From assembly GCF_009914755.1 (NCBI RefSeq), contig NC_060935.1: DNA of 64,000 bases; one strand, 5' to 3'. Position 1 is the stretch's first letter. Each line of letters starts with the position of its first letter. The notes under the pieces are model-generated. The model did not search any database. It saw only the letters and a program-made list of their open reading frames with translations, and was not told the DNA's origin. This DNA is from the human T2T-CHM13v2.0 reference genome, Homo sapiens. Positions 59,949-64,000 of this stretch are shown one piece after another. The position numbers were made by a program, and so were the translations under genes.

Positions 59949-60565
59949 TGCAGGGGCCAAGGGTATAGCTTCCCTTTTGCCCTCTGAAGTTTCGCTGAAA
60001 AGTCAACTTGTAAAAGTCAGATTAATTGAGAAAAGGCATACAAATTATTCAACACATAGACATGAGGGCCTTCAGAATGAAGACCCAAAAAATATAGGGG
60101 AAAGTATCCATTTGTATGCTTAGGTTCAACGAAGTAAGGACAGCCCTGTAGAAATATGACTGGATATAATCTATGCTAATAGGCTTAGTTAGAACCGAGC
60201 AAGACCCGTCTGTCTAGGTTTTTCTTGGCCTCTCTGTGCTGCATTCCTTCATTTTGGTTGTAGGACAGGACCATCTCTGGAATGGGCATCTTATGACCTA
60301 CAGTCAAACAAGATAGCTCAGATGATTTCTTTATGACCAGTTTTACACAGATAGAGTGGAAGGAGAGTTAGAGTAACACTTTTAGGTTTTAAGGCTGGCT
60401 GTGGCAAGAGGGGTGTCTGGTTTCTATGACCCACCTTGGGGAGGGATTCTTGTTTGTACAGCTAGCCTCAAAGGAAGATAGGACTGAGAGACAGGAAAGG
60501 AAGTCAGAGAAAAACTTTTGCTTCTGAGGTATTGTTTTGGGGTATTGTTTTCTGAGCCCCTAAAT
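59949..60565 (-). mobile_element. ERV1 LTR (MER67-like)
   Basis: CCCTTTTGCCCTCTGAAGTTTCGCTGAAAAGTCAACT...AAAAGGCATACAAATT...TTTGGGGTATTGTTTTCTGAGCCCC. Confidence 0.68.
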
Positions 60566-60827
60566 ACATAATAGGTATCTTTGTCTTTGCCCTTTTTATT
60601 GTTCTTTTCCTCCTTTTTTCTCTTATGTGCCACTGTCACCATTCTCAGGTGGGCTTTCGAGAATGAATGTGCAAAATTCATGATTAGGGTCAACCACATC
60701 TCCATAGCTATGGGCCTTACAAGCATTAACTGTCTATCATTTGCATCTTCAGACTGATATTCAGAACAGTTTCAGGATTCTCACACTAGCCTAGAGAACA
60801 ATTTTTTAAATAATTCCATCAACATAT

Positions 60828-61616
60828 TGATATGGGAGAGGGGCAGGGAAGTGCTAAGTAGAGAAGGGCAGGGTCCCTGGCGAGGTTCCACCCTCGGCCT
60901 TTGCCCACAAACCCAGGTGAGGACAGGCACTCCTGTTTTCATGCCAAATGTTGCATTTCCAAGCCAGCCATGCCCCTCCTCCTGTGCCTATAAAAACCCT
61001 GATACCCTAGTGGGTATACACACACAAGTGGCTGGATGTCAAGAGGAACACACTGGCAGAAGAACACACCAACAGTTGCTGGCAGACCATCGATGGCAGA
61101 ACAAAGCAGATACCAAAGGAAATTCAGCTGAGGGTGGTTGGAGGAGAGCCAGGCTGCTGAGCAGCCCTACTCCAGAGAAGACCACCTTCCCACTCCATCC
61201 CCGTTCTGGCTCCCTGTCCATCTGTTGATAACTACTATCACCACTCAATAAAACCTTGCACTCACTCTCCAAGCCCACATATGATCTGATTTTTCTGGGA
61301 CACTTGGGCAAGAACCCTGGGATACAGAAAGCCCTCTGTCCTTGCGATAAGGTAGAGGGTCTAACTGAGCTCATTAAAGCAAGGTGCCTGCGGACGGCTA
61401 AGCTGAAAGAGCACATTGTAACATACACCCATTTGGGCTTCGGGAGCTGTAAACACTCAACCCTAGATGCTGCCATGGAGTCGGAGCCCACGCTCCCCAT
61501 GACCTGCCCGTCTGCATGCTTCCCTTAGGGGTTTGAGCTGCGGGGCACCAAAGAAGTGAGCCACACCCCCATCACGCACCCTGCAAGGGGGATAAGGGAA
61601 AACTCCCCTCGTTTCA
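60828..61616 (+). mobile_element. Solo LTR1-like ERV1 LTR
   Basis: TGATATGGGAGAGGGGCAGGGAAGTGCT...CCTATAAAAA...AATAAA...GTTTCA; 4-bp TSD ATAT (60824-60827 / 61617-61620). Confidence 0.88.
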
Positions 61617-61631
61617 ATATGTTAAAGCTTA

Positions 61632-62387
<756 letters not shown>

Positions 62388-63059
62388 TCACCTTGTTACT
62401 AGGCTTATTACTAGGACTATGTAGTATGCTTCCTCACTGTTCTATTTGAACATTCTAGGAGAATGAAAACACCATAGAGGAAGGTGGTTTTTTCTGTTCT
62501 GTCCATTGATGCAATCCAAGCACCTAGAACACAGCCTGGCACAGAAGAAGCACTCAAACTGTGGTATTTCAATGAAAAGTGAGGAATATTTTTCATGTGG
62601 AATTTTTTAAAGGAATGTTGTGCCCTACACCTTTTCAGTAAGGAGATTTTCTGTGAAGTACTACGCGAGGCCTGCTGTGTGCATGGCGAGATCAGCAGAG
62701 GCAGAGACCAAGAGAGGCAGAAACCTGGCAGAGCTGCTGAGGATGGTGTAGAAAGAGACTCCCCCATGCTTAGTCATCCCATCATGCCCATTGTCATGTG
62801 TAGCCTCCAGTTATACAAAGCTAGAGATGCTCAGCCTCATCCCCATTTGAGATAATTGCATTCTTTTGCCCTATTCATCATCACTGAATGGTGAGTCCCA
62901 GCAATTCTGATATCAAGAGCACCAGGAAATAACCATTTGTTTGTATTTCACTTGGAAGGTAGGGTCTCACACCAGGTTTGGGGATTTACTGTTCAAGTCC
63001 AGATGACCAGTAAAGCAAGTTCCTGGAAGTAATAATATAGCAGTTAAGAGCACAGTCCC

Positions 63060-63360
<301 letters not shown>

Positions 63361-64000
63361 TCACAGAGCACAGTCCCTGAATTAAGATTACCTGGATTCA
63401 AATCTAGACTTCATTACTTTCTAGGGTGTGTGACAGGGTAAGTTACTTAACCTCTCTGTAATTTAGGTTATCAGCCAAAAGACAGAAACCTTCTGTTATT
63501 TTAGCAGAGAATACTTGCTAGAAAGAGTCATTACCTGTGTATTAAAGAACTGCAAAGGCATAAAGAAAACACTGAAATAATACAGACATAGAAACTGCAT
63601 GAATCAGCCACAGCCCAGTCACTACTAACTCCCTAAGCAATCCCTGGCCTTTAGTTTCCCCACCTGTAAAATGCTGAAGTTGGGGGGAAAAATCGTTTCA
63701 CTTTCATTCCGGTGGCGTGATACGAGATTCTAAGAAACAGGGAGAAAATTCCGTGAGTGGAGCCAATAACCAAGTCAAACATCAGGGGGGTCTATGAACA
63801 CTGCTCCAAGGAATCTCTCTCTGGATAACCAGACCTTGTGCCCTAGCCCCAGCCCGTCATCTCCACTGCTAGAGAAAAAAAATAGTTAGTCTGTCCAAGG
63901 CTGTTAGAGTCCTCCAACATGTAAGACGTATTTCCATTTTACTAGCTTCATGGTCTGCTTGGGGTGGAGATGGCGGGGAGATCGTATCCTTGAAGTAGGC

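Noticed and set aside
63400-64000. Promoter or first exon of the next gene (MS4A7 by recalled gene order)
   Set aside because: No MS4A7 coding sequence is visible, and a lone CCAAT is insufficient evidence.

Overview
Primate (almost certainly human) genomic DNA from the MS4A gene cluster on chr11q12. The only recognisable gene is MS4A6E on the + strand: three phase-0 coding exons (22167-22313, 25012-25218, 27137-27226) splice to a 147-aa, two-transmembrane derivative of MS4A6A. Here it carries the V6/A10/F47 haplotype. Downstream lies a fossil copy of the MS4A6A last exon (hemi-ITAM-like YEEL tail). After splicing it is still in frame with the MS4A6E ORF and is blocked only by one UGA-C stop. 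About 1.2 kb upstream of the first coding exon is a non-transposon, 182-bp, indel-free inverted repeat (8 mismatches, 5 of them G-U compatible in + strand RNA). The rest is mostly interspersed repeats: a TSD-flanked old L1 of about 12.7 kb carrying a stack of nested insertions, a 5'-deleted class I ERV, more than a dozen LTRs (LTR17, LTR8, THE1/MST/MLT1, MER4, LTR1/27/28-like), Alus, a MADE1 hairpin and several rearrangement scars. There are no prokaryotic features (CRISPR, operons, rRNA or tRNA). Repeat subfamily names and comparisons to MS4A6A or reference MS4A6E come from recalled consensus sequences, not database searches.
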